Source of the DNA: Vicugna vicugna
Lineage: Eukaryota
DNA: 64,000 bases
Direction: 5' to 3'
Assembly: GCA_013265495.1 (NCBI GenBank)
Contig: MU057651.1
Coordinates: forward strand, 62,001 to 126,000
Made by a program: the position numbers and the translations under genes. Positions 25,131 to 35,484 of this stretch are shown here, one piece after another (positions within the stretch are counted from its first letter, which is position 1; every line of letters starts with the position of its first letter). The notes below the pieces were generated by a model. That model was not told the origin of the DNA and did no database searches. It worked only from the letters and a program-made list of their open reading frames with translations.

Positions 25131-25661
25131 CCCAGTTTTGATTGTAGAACTCAGTGTCTTTTAGTACAATTACAGTGTTGTACAGTTATCAACTATAGCT
25201 ATTTAGCTTCAGAATATTTTCATCAACCCAAAAGGGAACCCCAAGCCCCTTAAGCACTCACTCTCAATTCTCCCCTCTTTTAGCCCTTGGAAACCATTAA
25301 TTTGCTTTATGTCTCTATGGATTTGCCTATATGTATATTTAATATAAATGTAATCATACTACATGCGTATGATTTTGTATGTGGCTTGTAACTCACTTGT
25401 CACTCTTTGCCCTGCTTCATGAAGTTTCACTTTATGTATGTGAAGCTTAATATACAACAACAGGCTCAAGGGAAACTTTTTAAAGATTTTGGGAGAATGT
25501 TTTTCTACACTGATCCCTCATCTCTAGTATTCTTCCTCACAAACTTCAGCCACCTCTACCACCCAGAACTCCAGTCTCTGTCTTGTCAACTCAGGAAGGC
25601 AAACTTGCCCTTCCTCTCTATGCCACCATTCATAGGATGACTTTAGTCAAAATCCAAAGCA

Positions 25662-25746
25662 TATGTATGTACATGTATGACTGAAACATTATGCTGTACA
25701 CAAGAAATTGACACAACATTGTAAACTGACTATACTTCAATTAAAA
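25662..25746 (+). mobile_element. Very short camelid L1 3' end
   Basis: gtatgactgaaacattatgctgtacac...tatacttcaattaaaa. TSD AAAATCCAAAGCA (25649-25661) / AAAATCCGAAGCA (25747-25759). Confidence 0.85.
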
Positions 25747-26309
25747 AAAATCCGAAGCAGTCATAGGGCTCACCTTGATTGCTTCTCTTCTCTCAGGGAT
25801 CACATCCTTGTGTCACCAATTGTCCAGAGTCTGAAAACATTTGTAGTTGTTTAATATATTTGTCCAGTTATCTAGTTCTTCAAGGTAGGAGGATATCCCT
25901 GATCTCAATTTGCCCATCATTTCTATAATTTGGTTTATTTAAAGTATATTTTGTACAATTCTAGGCCAATTTACTTATAGAGTCCCCTCACTTTGTGTGA
26001 AGTCATATTGGAAAAGGAACCAGCAACTCAGCCTGGTGTGCACCTAACACAGGAAACTTCACTCATCCTTGCCATAGCCAAGGTGGGAATATACTGTGTT
26101 TCTATCTACGCCTTGCTGTGTCTTATGGATCAACAGGATAAGCGGCAATCTAACTAGGAACTAAACACCATACTCCCTTCTTGCAGACCTCTCTCTGTAT
26201 GTAATTCTCTTATAGCCTCCACCTCCACTTGGTTGAAAAGAGGAAGGAATTACGCTCTTCCTTTTATCCATGAGAAAGAGATTGAATTGACTTTCACCAT
26301 GTGCCAACC

Positions 26310-26520
26310 CTGGAGTCAGAATATCTTGGTTAAAATTATATCTCCACTATTTACTGTGTGATTTGGGGCAAGCTACTTAATCCCTGTACTCCATAGTTCC
26401 TTAATATTAGTATTGTGAGTAGTAATGAGTAATAATTCAGTTAGTATATGAAAAGTGCTTAGAAGAGTGTCTGGTACATGAGAAGAATTATATAAGTGTT
26501 AGGTACTGTTGTTGTTGTAA
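26310..26520 (+). mobile_element. MIR SINE
   Basis: ctggagtcaga...tactgtgtgatttggggcaagctacttaa...aaagtgcttagaagagtgtctggtacat matches the MIR core and tail. Confidence 0.75.
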
Positions 26521-27477
26521 TTGTTGTCATGATAAACAATGCTGAAGTCCCCACAGAGTCAATGGTTCCTATAATTCTTTACTTCTTACCATTACCCATC
26601 TCCTTACACTGATTTGGGGGAAGGGAAACTGGGATGATTGCTGTAGCTATGCTGGTTTACATGGCTTTTGGTCAGCTCTTATGAAGGTCCCAATTATTGG
26701 AGGTTTTTATTTTGCATGATCCGTAATGCCTCTTTGTCCTCACCTATGAGTCCCTGCAGCCAATACCAGGGAGACAAATTATATCTAACTCAATATCTTA
26801 CTTTGCTTACATTTGCATGTGTTTTATTGCCAGCTTTTACTTATATGTGGAGATTCCTTATTTTGTGAAATGTTTAGGTAAACTAAAGATGTCTGTATGT
26901 AACAGAATTGTTGTAGGATGAAGTACAATAAGGCAGGGCAGTGACATGATCATATCTGTTGTTTAGAATCATCATTCTATTGGAAGGTGGTAAGATGTAA
27001 GGCAAAGGGACCAGGAAATGTCATAGTCGTCCTGGAGTTTATGGCCGCTTGCATTACGGGAGTGGCAGTGAAGCCAGAGTGGGAATTGGAAGGATTCCTG
27101 AGATCCTTTGGAGGTAATCACTGAGACCCCACCTGCTGGAGCACTTGGTATTTGTCAGTTAGGAAGAAAATGAAGAAAAAGACCACCAATCTTGTAAAAG
27201 GTGGAGATGCTGGCAACAGGGAAGGCCAGAAAAGGCCAGGCTTATTCGAAGGATGAACTAGGGTATCTACCAATATTTTCGTAATCTTGTCAGTTAATAA
27301 ACAATGACTACTTTCATATTGAAAAAAATAAAGACATCCAGCAACATAAGTCTAAATCTCTGCATGCAAAGCTGTTCATAGAGAATTCAGGAACTCTCCA
27401 CCCCACCAACAAACCTTTTGCCTGTATCACAACTAACCATTCCTTAATAGCTGTGATAACAATGTCTCACTTTTTAA

Positions 27478-27595
27478 ATTATTTTGGGGGGCAATTAAGT
27501 TTATTTATTATTATTATTTTAATGGAGGTATTGGGGGTTGAACCCAGGACCTCATGATGCACACAGTCTATCACTGAGCCATCCCCACCGCCCCT
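27478..27595 (-). mobile_element. Vic-1-like SINE
   Basis: Antisense ggctcagtgatagac...gaggtcctgggttcaacccccaatacctcc, with an A-rich tail. Confidence 0.8.
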
Positions 27596-28198
27596 AATCC
27601 CACTCTTTTTAAGATCTCTTCTCTTTCTCCTCTTAAGTCTTTTCTGGAACCATTTACATCAAACTGGTTAGTGGCAACTTTGTCTTTATAATAAGATACT
27701 GTCTTCCCAAAAACAAGTTTTAAGAACACATCCCTCTTTCTATTGCATATATTTCAAGCTAACCAATCGACAACAAATGCACTTAGATTAGGACCAAAAG
27801 CCTCAGCAACAAAAATGTGTGATAAGTGACTAAATGGGGCCCGTTTCTGGTAGTGCTTCTAATTCCCCAGTGTGGCTGAATAAAGTCTAAGGAAACATAA
27901 ATAGGATGATGATATCTGGGAGAAATGAAAAACTATTTGATTCTGAATAAGAGTGTTGATGAAAAGTGGGATCAAAACAGAGTATTGAAGGAAATGAAAG
28001 AGCGTGATACTGAGATCGAACTAGGTACACTGTATGATTCACTTTTGAGATCTAAAAATCTAAGAGCAAGGTGCTGTAGGATTATGGACTCACTGGCTCA
28101 CCTAATGAAAGACCCTCACATCCCAGGAGCACCTCAAAAGAGTAGCCCCAGTTGCCCTGTACATTTTAAACTTCCAAAAGTGTGTCTGCCTGGAGGGT

Positions 28199-28235
28199 CT
28201 ATATTTATTTTATGACTCAGCAACAGAAACAGGTG
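28199..28235 (+). promoter_or_regulatory. TCEAL7: Candidate myogenic module upstream of TCEAL7 (MEF2-like, AP-1/CRE-like/MARE, E-box)
   Basis: CTATATTTAT (28199-28208), ATGACTCAGCA (28212-28222) and CAGGTG (28230-28235) fall within 37 bp. Confidence 0.5.
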
Positions 28236-28520
28236 GCTGGGTCTTTTTCTCCTCCTATCTTGAATCTTTTTTCCAAATGTACATATCATTATCCTATTTC
28301 TGATTATTAAAAGAATATAATATGTTTATGGAAAAAATGGGAAAGAAGAGAAAATTATCAGAAGAAAAATAAAAAACACAATTTCAATCATTACTCCCTT
28401 TTTAAATTTAACTCCCCCCCCCCGCCAATTTGGTTGTAAGAACTGAAGTGCAAGGAAAATGATAGCTAGTAGTGACTGGGGAGAAAGTGGGTGGAGGGAA
28501 GACTGCGGCTTTCTGCTCTT

Positions 28521-28648
28521 TTTGTTTTGTTTTTAGTTTTAGTATTTTTTTAATTGAAGTGCAGTCAATTACAATGTGTCAATCTCTGGTGTACAGCACC
28601 ATGTCCCAGTCATGCATATACAGACATATATTCATTTTCATATTTTAC
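28521..28648 (-). mobile_element. Short camelid L1 3' end in the TCEAL7 upstream region
   Basis: Antisense L1 terminus. TSD CTTTCTGCTCTT (28509-28520) / CTTTCTGTTCTT (28649-28660). Confidence 0.8.
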
Positions 28649-28899
28649 CTTTCTGTTCTTGCAGCTTAGAAGAGGATGAATAAGCCTCTCTCTCAACACA
28701 ACCACTAAGAAGTAACAATTGTTAATATGACTATGGGAAGACACAACCCTTCTCTGGTAATCAGAGAGAGGCAAATTCCAACCACAGGGAGAAGGGGCCA
28801 CTTTTGACCTCTGGAATTAGCAATGATGGAAATGAGTGACAGGGCCTGGTACGGGGCGAGGGGTGGGGGGTGGGAGGTTGGAAAGCCTTTCCACTCCTG

Positions 28900-29091
28900 C
28901 AGCACAGCTGGTGGGAGGGGAAAGTGGGGACCAGAGTTGGAGGATGACATAATCCTCACGTGATCAGGAGCTGCCGTGAAGTCCTTATATTCCCGGGCTT
29001 CTTTCCCCTCTGGGTACCAGCTCCTTACTGCCCTGCAGGCGTTCGTGCTTGTGACCAAGAGGAAGACGTAAATTCTTTAAAATCCCAGCAG
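28900..29091 (+). promoter_or_regulatory. TCEAL7: TCEAL7 core promoter and non-coding exon 1 (TSS approximate, near 29010)
   Basis: E-box CAGCTG (28905-28910), palindrome TCACGTGA (28956-28963), TATA-like CTTATATT near 28984, and donor CAGCAG|gttggt at 29091/29092. Confidence 0.6.
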
Positions 29092-29514
29092 GTTGGTGTG
29101 AGGGAACCGCTGGGACCCCTGGGGTGGTAGTGGCTGAAGCTAATGACTGGAATAGGTCCAGGCTTGCTTTCCCCAAACCCCTGCAAACTCTCGGAGATAA
29201 TTGTATTTTTTGAAGGAGGGTGGGGCTGGAGTAGGTGGAAGTCTCGTGAGAGACACCCAGAGATTTAGTGATAGTTTAGAAATAATCAGGTTCTTTCAGA
29301 CTGGCAAGATTTCCCTTTATCCTTCTCCTCTTTTTCTCAATTCTGTTGGAGGAAATGAAGTGTGGGCTGGTGTGTGGAGAACGGCTGGAATCCTGAGGTG
29401 GAGACAGAGAAATTTAGAGATAATTTTTAGTTCTTCTCATTCAGTGTTAGCCTGCGAGGGATGCGGTGGTCGGGGCGGGGTAGGGGGGAGGGGACTGTGG
29501 CCCTGGCAAAGACT

Positions 29515-29698
29515 AGGCCTGAGGGTGGGGGGCTGGGGTGGGAGCAGACACCTAGTAGGAAGGGATAGGAACAGGAGGTGAACCGGGAGGTTGGAAATCT
29601 GGGGCGAGGCCTGAGGGTGGGGGGCTGGCCTGGGAGCAGACACCTAGTAGGAAGGGATAGGAACAGGAGGTGAACCGGGAGGTTGGAAATCTGGGGCG
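29515..29698 (+). repeat. 92-bp tandem duplication in TCEAL7 intron 1
   Basis: Units 29515-29606 and 29607-29698 are identical except GG versus CC at one position pair. Confidence 0.95.
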
Positions 29699-29803
29699 AC
29701 AATGGTGATGAGGATCCTGGATTCAAGATTATAACGTGTGTCTTGTCTTCGGGGCTGGTGGATCCACAGAGATCTCCCTCCTCCCCTTCCTTTCTGTCTG
29801 CAG

Positions 29804-29871
29804 GTCCGAGGGTCTGTGTTCACAGACATCTCCAGGCAAGAAGAGGAGGAAACTCTTCCGAACCGTCTCAG
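29804..29871 (+). other. TCEAL7: TCEAL7 non-coding exon 2 (BGW-type element)
   Basis: Acceptor ctttctgtctgcag|GTCCGAGGGTCTGTG and donor CTCAG|gtcagt define a 68-nt exon. Confidence 0.75.
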
Positions 29872-30243
29872 GTCAGTGTGAGGCAGGCACTTAGACCCGG
29901 GTTTCTGAGTGTGGGAGTTGGGAAGGGCCCTAGATGAGTAAAATTTGCGGCCTCACTGCTCAACTCCTTGTCTGCGCCCCTTCTCCCGCCCATCGGAGAG
30001 GCCATTAGCCTCGTCTGCTGGAGAAACGGTGGGTGGCAAAGGGAGGGGAGAGGAGGTGGAGAAGCGGTGGGAGGGGGGGAAGGGGAGGCATCTCCAACTT
30101 CTGAGGGCTGGACCAGTGTGGCAGGGGTGGGAGACCAGGCGAGTATGGAGCTTCCAAGAGAAACTGACAATCTTGAATCAAAAGAAACGAAGCAATCTTA
30201 CTCTACATTTTCTCCCTGAACTTAAGCAGGAAACAGCAATATC

Positions 30244-30546
30244 ATGCAAAAATCCTGCAAAGAAAATGAAGGAAAGCCCAAGCGCCGCGTGCCAAAGAGG
30301 GAGGAAGAACACCCCTATGGAGAATTTGAACGCCAACAAACAGAAGGGAATTTTAGGCAAAGGCTGCTTCAGTCTCTCGAGGAATTTAAAGAGGACATAG
30401 ACTATAGGCATTTTAGGGATGAAGAAATGACAAGAGAGGGAGATGAGATGGAAAGGTGTTTGGAAGAGATAAGGAGTCTGAGAAAGAAATTTAGGGCTTT
30501 GCATTCTAACCATAGGCATTCTCGGGACCGTCCTTATCCCATTTAA
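30244..30546 (+). CDS. TCEAL7: Transcription elongation factor A-like 7 (100 aa)
   Basis: MQKSCKENEGKPKRRVPKREEEHPYGEFERQQTEGNFRQRLLQSLEEFKEDIDYRHF...RKKFRALHSNHRHSRDRPYPI is near-identical to recalled human TCEAL7. Acceptor AAG/CAG at 30224-30229. Confidence 0.96.
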   Translation: MQKSCKENEGKPKRRVPKREEEHPYGEFERQQTEGNFRQRLLQSLEEFKEDIDYRHFRDEEMTREGDEMERCLEEIRSLRKKFRALHSNHRHSRDRPYPI

Positions 30547-30776
30547 TGCCTTTTCCCCCCTAATTCAACTATTTTGTTATTAATATTGCCAGCATTGGTT
30601 CTTTCTGTCTGCGTTTTCTTGCTAAATATTTGCTATGATTTTGCTACAATCCTTCAGTGTTCCTTTGATTTACATATGACTCTTGTTACCAACATTTCAT
30701 CTTTTGACCCAGTCTCACTCTTTAATAGTGTTGTTTCATTTCGTTTGCATGGGAAGATGCTCATTGTATATTGTAA

Positions 30777-30782
30777 AGTAAA
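30777..30782 (+). terminator. TCEAL7: TCEAL7 proximal variant poly(A) signal AGTAAA; canonical AATAAA also at 31029 and 31042
   Basis: Positionally homologous to the BEX2 AATAAA within a shared 3' UTR motif. Confidence 0.5.
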
Positions 30783-32708
30783 AACAATACGTTGCAAATG
30801 CTATATATAGATAGATAGACCTGTCTATCTATCTATGTACCTTATATGTACATTTATATATGTCATAATGCAAAAAAGTCTGAATTATTGTACACCAAAA
30901 GGTTAACAGTGAATCTCTGTGTGATCTGTATTTTATTTCTTTTTTTGTCTACCTGCATCTTCTCAATTTCCAAAAAAAGAATTTTATATATATATGTGTG
31001 TGTATTACTTGTGTCACCAAAAAACTAAAATAAACAGACCTAATAAAAGAACTTGTCAATCACCTTTGCAGGGCAGTGAAACACTTAATAAACTCTTAAT
31101 AACAGAACTATAAAAAAGAAACGTAAACTTCAAATTATCTCTGGATAGCTTAGCCAGAGGAATAAAATTGGCAATTATTACAGATACACTTGCTTAACAC
31201 TTGACCTTTTCATGGGGAAGACATTTGCCCTCAGGGCTGCTGTGGGGAAGCAGTGTGGTGACTGAGCTGTGCCGGGTGGGCTGTCGTTCCCACCTAGGCA
31301 TACAGAACCCCGACCCACTGCAGAACATCAGCTACTTGGGGGAGGGCCCTGGCATGACTCGACCAGTGCTCAGGAACAAGGCCAATAGGCAGGGAGGTGG
31401 GGGCTTCCAAGCCAGGCCTCTGCTGTTGAGCCCCACCCAGGGCTCCCCTGGGTCCTGCCAAGCCTGCTGGGCATTGCTGCCTCTTCTGCTGGGTCCTTTG
31501 CTCTCTGTCATTCCCCACTGCTGCTGGTGCACTGGAGTCCTCGAGTGCCAGTCCCCACTGAGTTTCCTGGAGTCCCCAGTGGGATGAACCCTTAATCTGT
31601 CTTCTAAAGCCTCTCTTTCTGTTTTATAGTGGCACTTAACACAGGTGGGAACTGTCTTAGAATTGCTTGGGCCACAGCGTGCTGCAGAGTTATTGGTAAA
31701 ACAGCCCCTTTCGTTTTCAGTCACAGGACACCACCACAGGAATCAGACATGATGAGTCCGTTTTGGAAGATGGACCAGGGTACAAGTTTGAGAGAAGAAT
31801 GTCGTGCTATAGTCAGAGTTGCTGCTCTAAGTCTAAGAACTGAGGTTTTGTGTTCTTTCTCTTGTGAGATAATCTCTCCCTGAAGGTTCCTGGAAGGCCT
31901 GCCTACTGGTTCAGAAGACTCAAGGGACATGCGTACATTGCACAAAATGATTCAGGAAATAGATTTAGGAGAATAATCCCCTTCTCTCTATCCCTTCCAA
32001 TCCTGAGACATATGTACGAATTCTTTGTGAAACTAACATATATATAATATATATATAACACATATTACATATAAGTATATATGCATTTATAAAAATATAT
32101 ATATACCTTTTAGTGAATATATGCACATATATGTATTACATATATTTAGTATATATACACACACTTATATATTTAAATATGTATATACATACATATATAA
32201 ATATCTATATATATACACTTAAGCATTATTTCCTAACTGGACTTTTTGCATGTTGCATTTCAAAGTAAAGACTATTATATTTCACTATATTTTATTATTT
32301 CATATTTCTTTGATTACTGCTATCCTTAATAATTGTTTACTTAATTGGAATTCTGGTGTTCTTGGCCCAGTTTTATTTCTGATAGCATAAAATTGGAAAT
32401 AATCTATTTCTCTAGAAACTACAACTTACATTTTCAAAAGGAACCCAGCAGAAAAGGGATTATTCCTCAAACTCAGTCTAAAAAGACTACAATAACATTG
32501 CATAATTGTTGTCTCCCAAAAAACCTCAAGTCCCTACAATATAATCATTTGGAGTGCTTATTAAAAATGCAGATTTCTGACAAATATCTCTCCTTACACA
32601 CACATACTCTTACAAACAGAGTGAGTCAGAATCTTTATGCATATGGCTCTGGAATCTCCATTTTGGAGTTCCCATGAAATTATGCTCTCCGTTGTTGCTT
32701 CAAAAACC

Positions 32709-32815
32709 CTCACTATAAACCCTGTTTCAGCTGAGCAGTGCAGAAGGAGTCTCCTTATAATCAAAGAACCTAATGGCTTACAATTCGTAATTAAGCGCTC
32801 CTGAAAGTTGAAATG
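32709..32815 (+). repeat. Arm 1 of a dispersed inverted repeat (arm 2 at 34002-34105)
   Basis: ccctgtttcagctgagcagtgcagaaggagtctccttataatcaaaga...ctcctgaaagt is the diverged reverse complement of 34002-34105. Confidence 0.85.
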
Positions 32816-33857
32816 GTGCTTATCATAGTCGGAAAATTCAGGGTAGCCACCAAGTAAATCTATGTGAAGAATAAGCATTGTTCAGCCTTAGCAGAAGACA
32901 AAAAGACAAACAAAAATACATAAACTAAAAGCAAGTTATTACCTATCAAATAGGAAAATCCTTACTTACAATACTTAGTTTTATTGAGAATGTAGGCACT
33001 CTCATACTCAATGAGAGGGTAAATTGCAATATTCATTTTTTTTGCTTCTATTCACAATAAGTGCCAAAAGCTTTATATTTTGCATACTCCATGATGCCCA
33101 AGTTCTACTGCTTGTCCTAAGGAAATAATCATAATGGTGAGCAAATATTTAGCTATAAGCATTTTTATTTAAAGGTTTCACCTATTTTCAAGGATCTTTT
33201 TTAACTTAAGAATCAAATATATGGACTTTCCTATCAGAAGAAAATGAATGTAGGTTCCTACTCACCACATACACAAAAATACATTCCAAGTAGATTAAAG
33301 ATGAAAATGTGAAAAAACAAAAATAAAATACTGCAATGAAAATTGAGTAAGAAAAACATCGCATAATCTTGTGATGTGATTATCTTTTTAAGCATGAAAG
33401 AAAATCCAGATGTTGTAAAGGGAAAATATAAAATATCTAAAGACAAGAAATAGACAGCATGGGAGGAAAATATTTGCAATACCATGACATATAATGGGGA
33501 AATATCTCTAATACCTCAATAGCTTTTACAAATGGAAGAGAAAAAATAAACAAACCAGTAAAAATATGGACATACATTACCCAGAATTCCACTCCTTTGT
33601 ATTACTATAGAGATATATGTACATGCATGCACAGGAATACAGAGATGGATGTTTATTGTGATATTGTAAGAGCCAAAACATTGGAAATAGCCTAAGTCAT
33701 CAAAAGGGAAAGGTCAAATAAACTGTGGTTTATCCATATCAAAAAAACTACACAGCAGTTAAAAAGAATGAGATTCTTCTATTGAAGCTTCTCCAGAAAT
33801 ACTGTTAAGTAAATACATTATATATCATTACGTCGCTATTGTCACAAATAATGAATT

Positions 33858-34003
33858 ACCTAGTTCATCTTTACATACTGCTATAACCACACTTTCAATT
33901 TCAATCTCCTTCCCACAGTTAAACACTTATCAGCTTTATGGATATTCATCTAGAAATTTATATAATTGTGTTTTGCATTTGAACTAAATATTATAATGTT
34001 ACA
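33858..34003 (+). repeat. Local direct duplication (other copy at 35033-35182)
   Basis: cctagttcatctt...acacttatca...tggatat.ca.ctagaaatttatata...ttacatt is shared by both copies. Confidence 0.8.
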
Positions 34004-34560
34004 TTATGACTTTCAGGAGCTCTTAATCATGAATTATAAACCAGTAAGCTCTTTGATTATAAGACTACTTCTGCACAGCTCACCTGAAACAGGGTCTATG
34101 GTGAGTGCACATATTAACATAATGTTAAAATTATTGTTCTATGCTTTTGTCTAAGTCATCTAGAAAAAAAGAGGAGTTATAAACCAAATATGCAAAATTA
34201 CTTGCTTTTATATTTAGCTATGCAGCTCCTGTTATCATTGTTGTTTATTTCTTCATGTGACTTTAAGTTACTTACTTATTTTGTGTCTTTTTATTTCAGT
34301 GTGAAGGTCTTATAGGACTTTCCAAAGGTCAGTAAATGCAAATACAAATGAATGAACTTTCTATACTATGAATACAACTTATGTTATTCAAACCATTCCC
34401 CTGTTAATTAACGTTCAAACTGTTTCTATGTTTTACTCACTACAAGAATTGCTGCCTGCAATTAACATGCTCATACGCATACTCAAATTACTGGTGCTTT
34501 TAATTCTGCAAAATAGATTCTGGAAAATAAGACTGCTTGGTCAAAATGTATGTGTTCTTC

Positions 34561-34747
34561 ATTATTATGTATAAAATAGATAAACAACAAGGACCTACTG
34601 AATAGCACAGGGAACTATATTCAGTTTCTAGTAATAACATGTAATGGAAAGGAATCTTAAAAGAAAAAAACATGTATAACTGAGTCACCTTGTTGTACAC
34701 CTGAAACTAACATTGTAAATTAACTACACTTCAATGAAAATTTTTTT
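34561..34747 (+). mobile_element. Short LINE-1 3' end (cetartiodactyl type)
   Basis: ataaaatagataaacaacaaggacctactg...gtacacctgaaactaac. Imperfect TSD AATGTATGTGTTCTT / AATGTACTTGTTCTT. Confidence 0.8.
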
Positions 34748-35484
34748 AATGTACTTGTTCTTTTACATTTCCCAGCATCCCTTGCACATATGTTGGGACC
34801 ATCAAATGTAATATAAGGCACTTCTAAGGCTTATAAACAATGTTTGGTGATCTCTCCACTCTCCTTTCAGTAACCTTGGAAACCATACGTGCCATCTGGG
34901 CCACATAACTGTGAGATGAATGCAGGCCAAACACCCAAATAATCAGTGGAGTAGAACCATGCAGGAGAGCCAACAACTCTCACTGAACTGACATGAAGGA
35001 GTAATAAACCATTTTAGAGTCACTGAGACGACCTAGTTCATCTTAATATGCATCTTTAACCACAACTTAACACAATTTCAATCCCTTCACCACAATTAGA
35101 CACTTATCAATTTGATGGATATCCACCTAGAAATTTATATATTTCTGTTATGCATTTTAACTAAAAGTTATAAGATTACATTTACTGTTCTACTGTTTTT
35201 ACTTAACAATATTCTTGGAGTTGCTTCAATATACAAATCTCATTCTTTTTAACTACTGTGTAATTTTCTTAGATAGATCACAGTTTATTTGACCTTTTCC
35301 TTTTGATGACAGGCTATTTCCAATGTTTTGACTCTTATAAACAATTGTGCAATAAACATTCATCTATGTATTCCTGTGCGCATGTGTATATATGTCTCTA
35401 TGTTAATATAAAGCAGTAGAAGTGCTGGGTCATATGGTATGTATATAATTTTACTGGTTTCTTTATTTACCATAATGTATAACA

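Noticed and set aside
29515..29698. Direct repeats as a CRISPR-like array
   Set aside because: Two adjacent units with no spacer in mammalian intronic DNA: a simple tandem duplication.
32030..32220. Long AT-rich tract with hairpin potential
   Set aside because: A degenerate (TA)n/(CA)n low-complexity repeat, common and uninformative.
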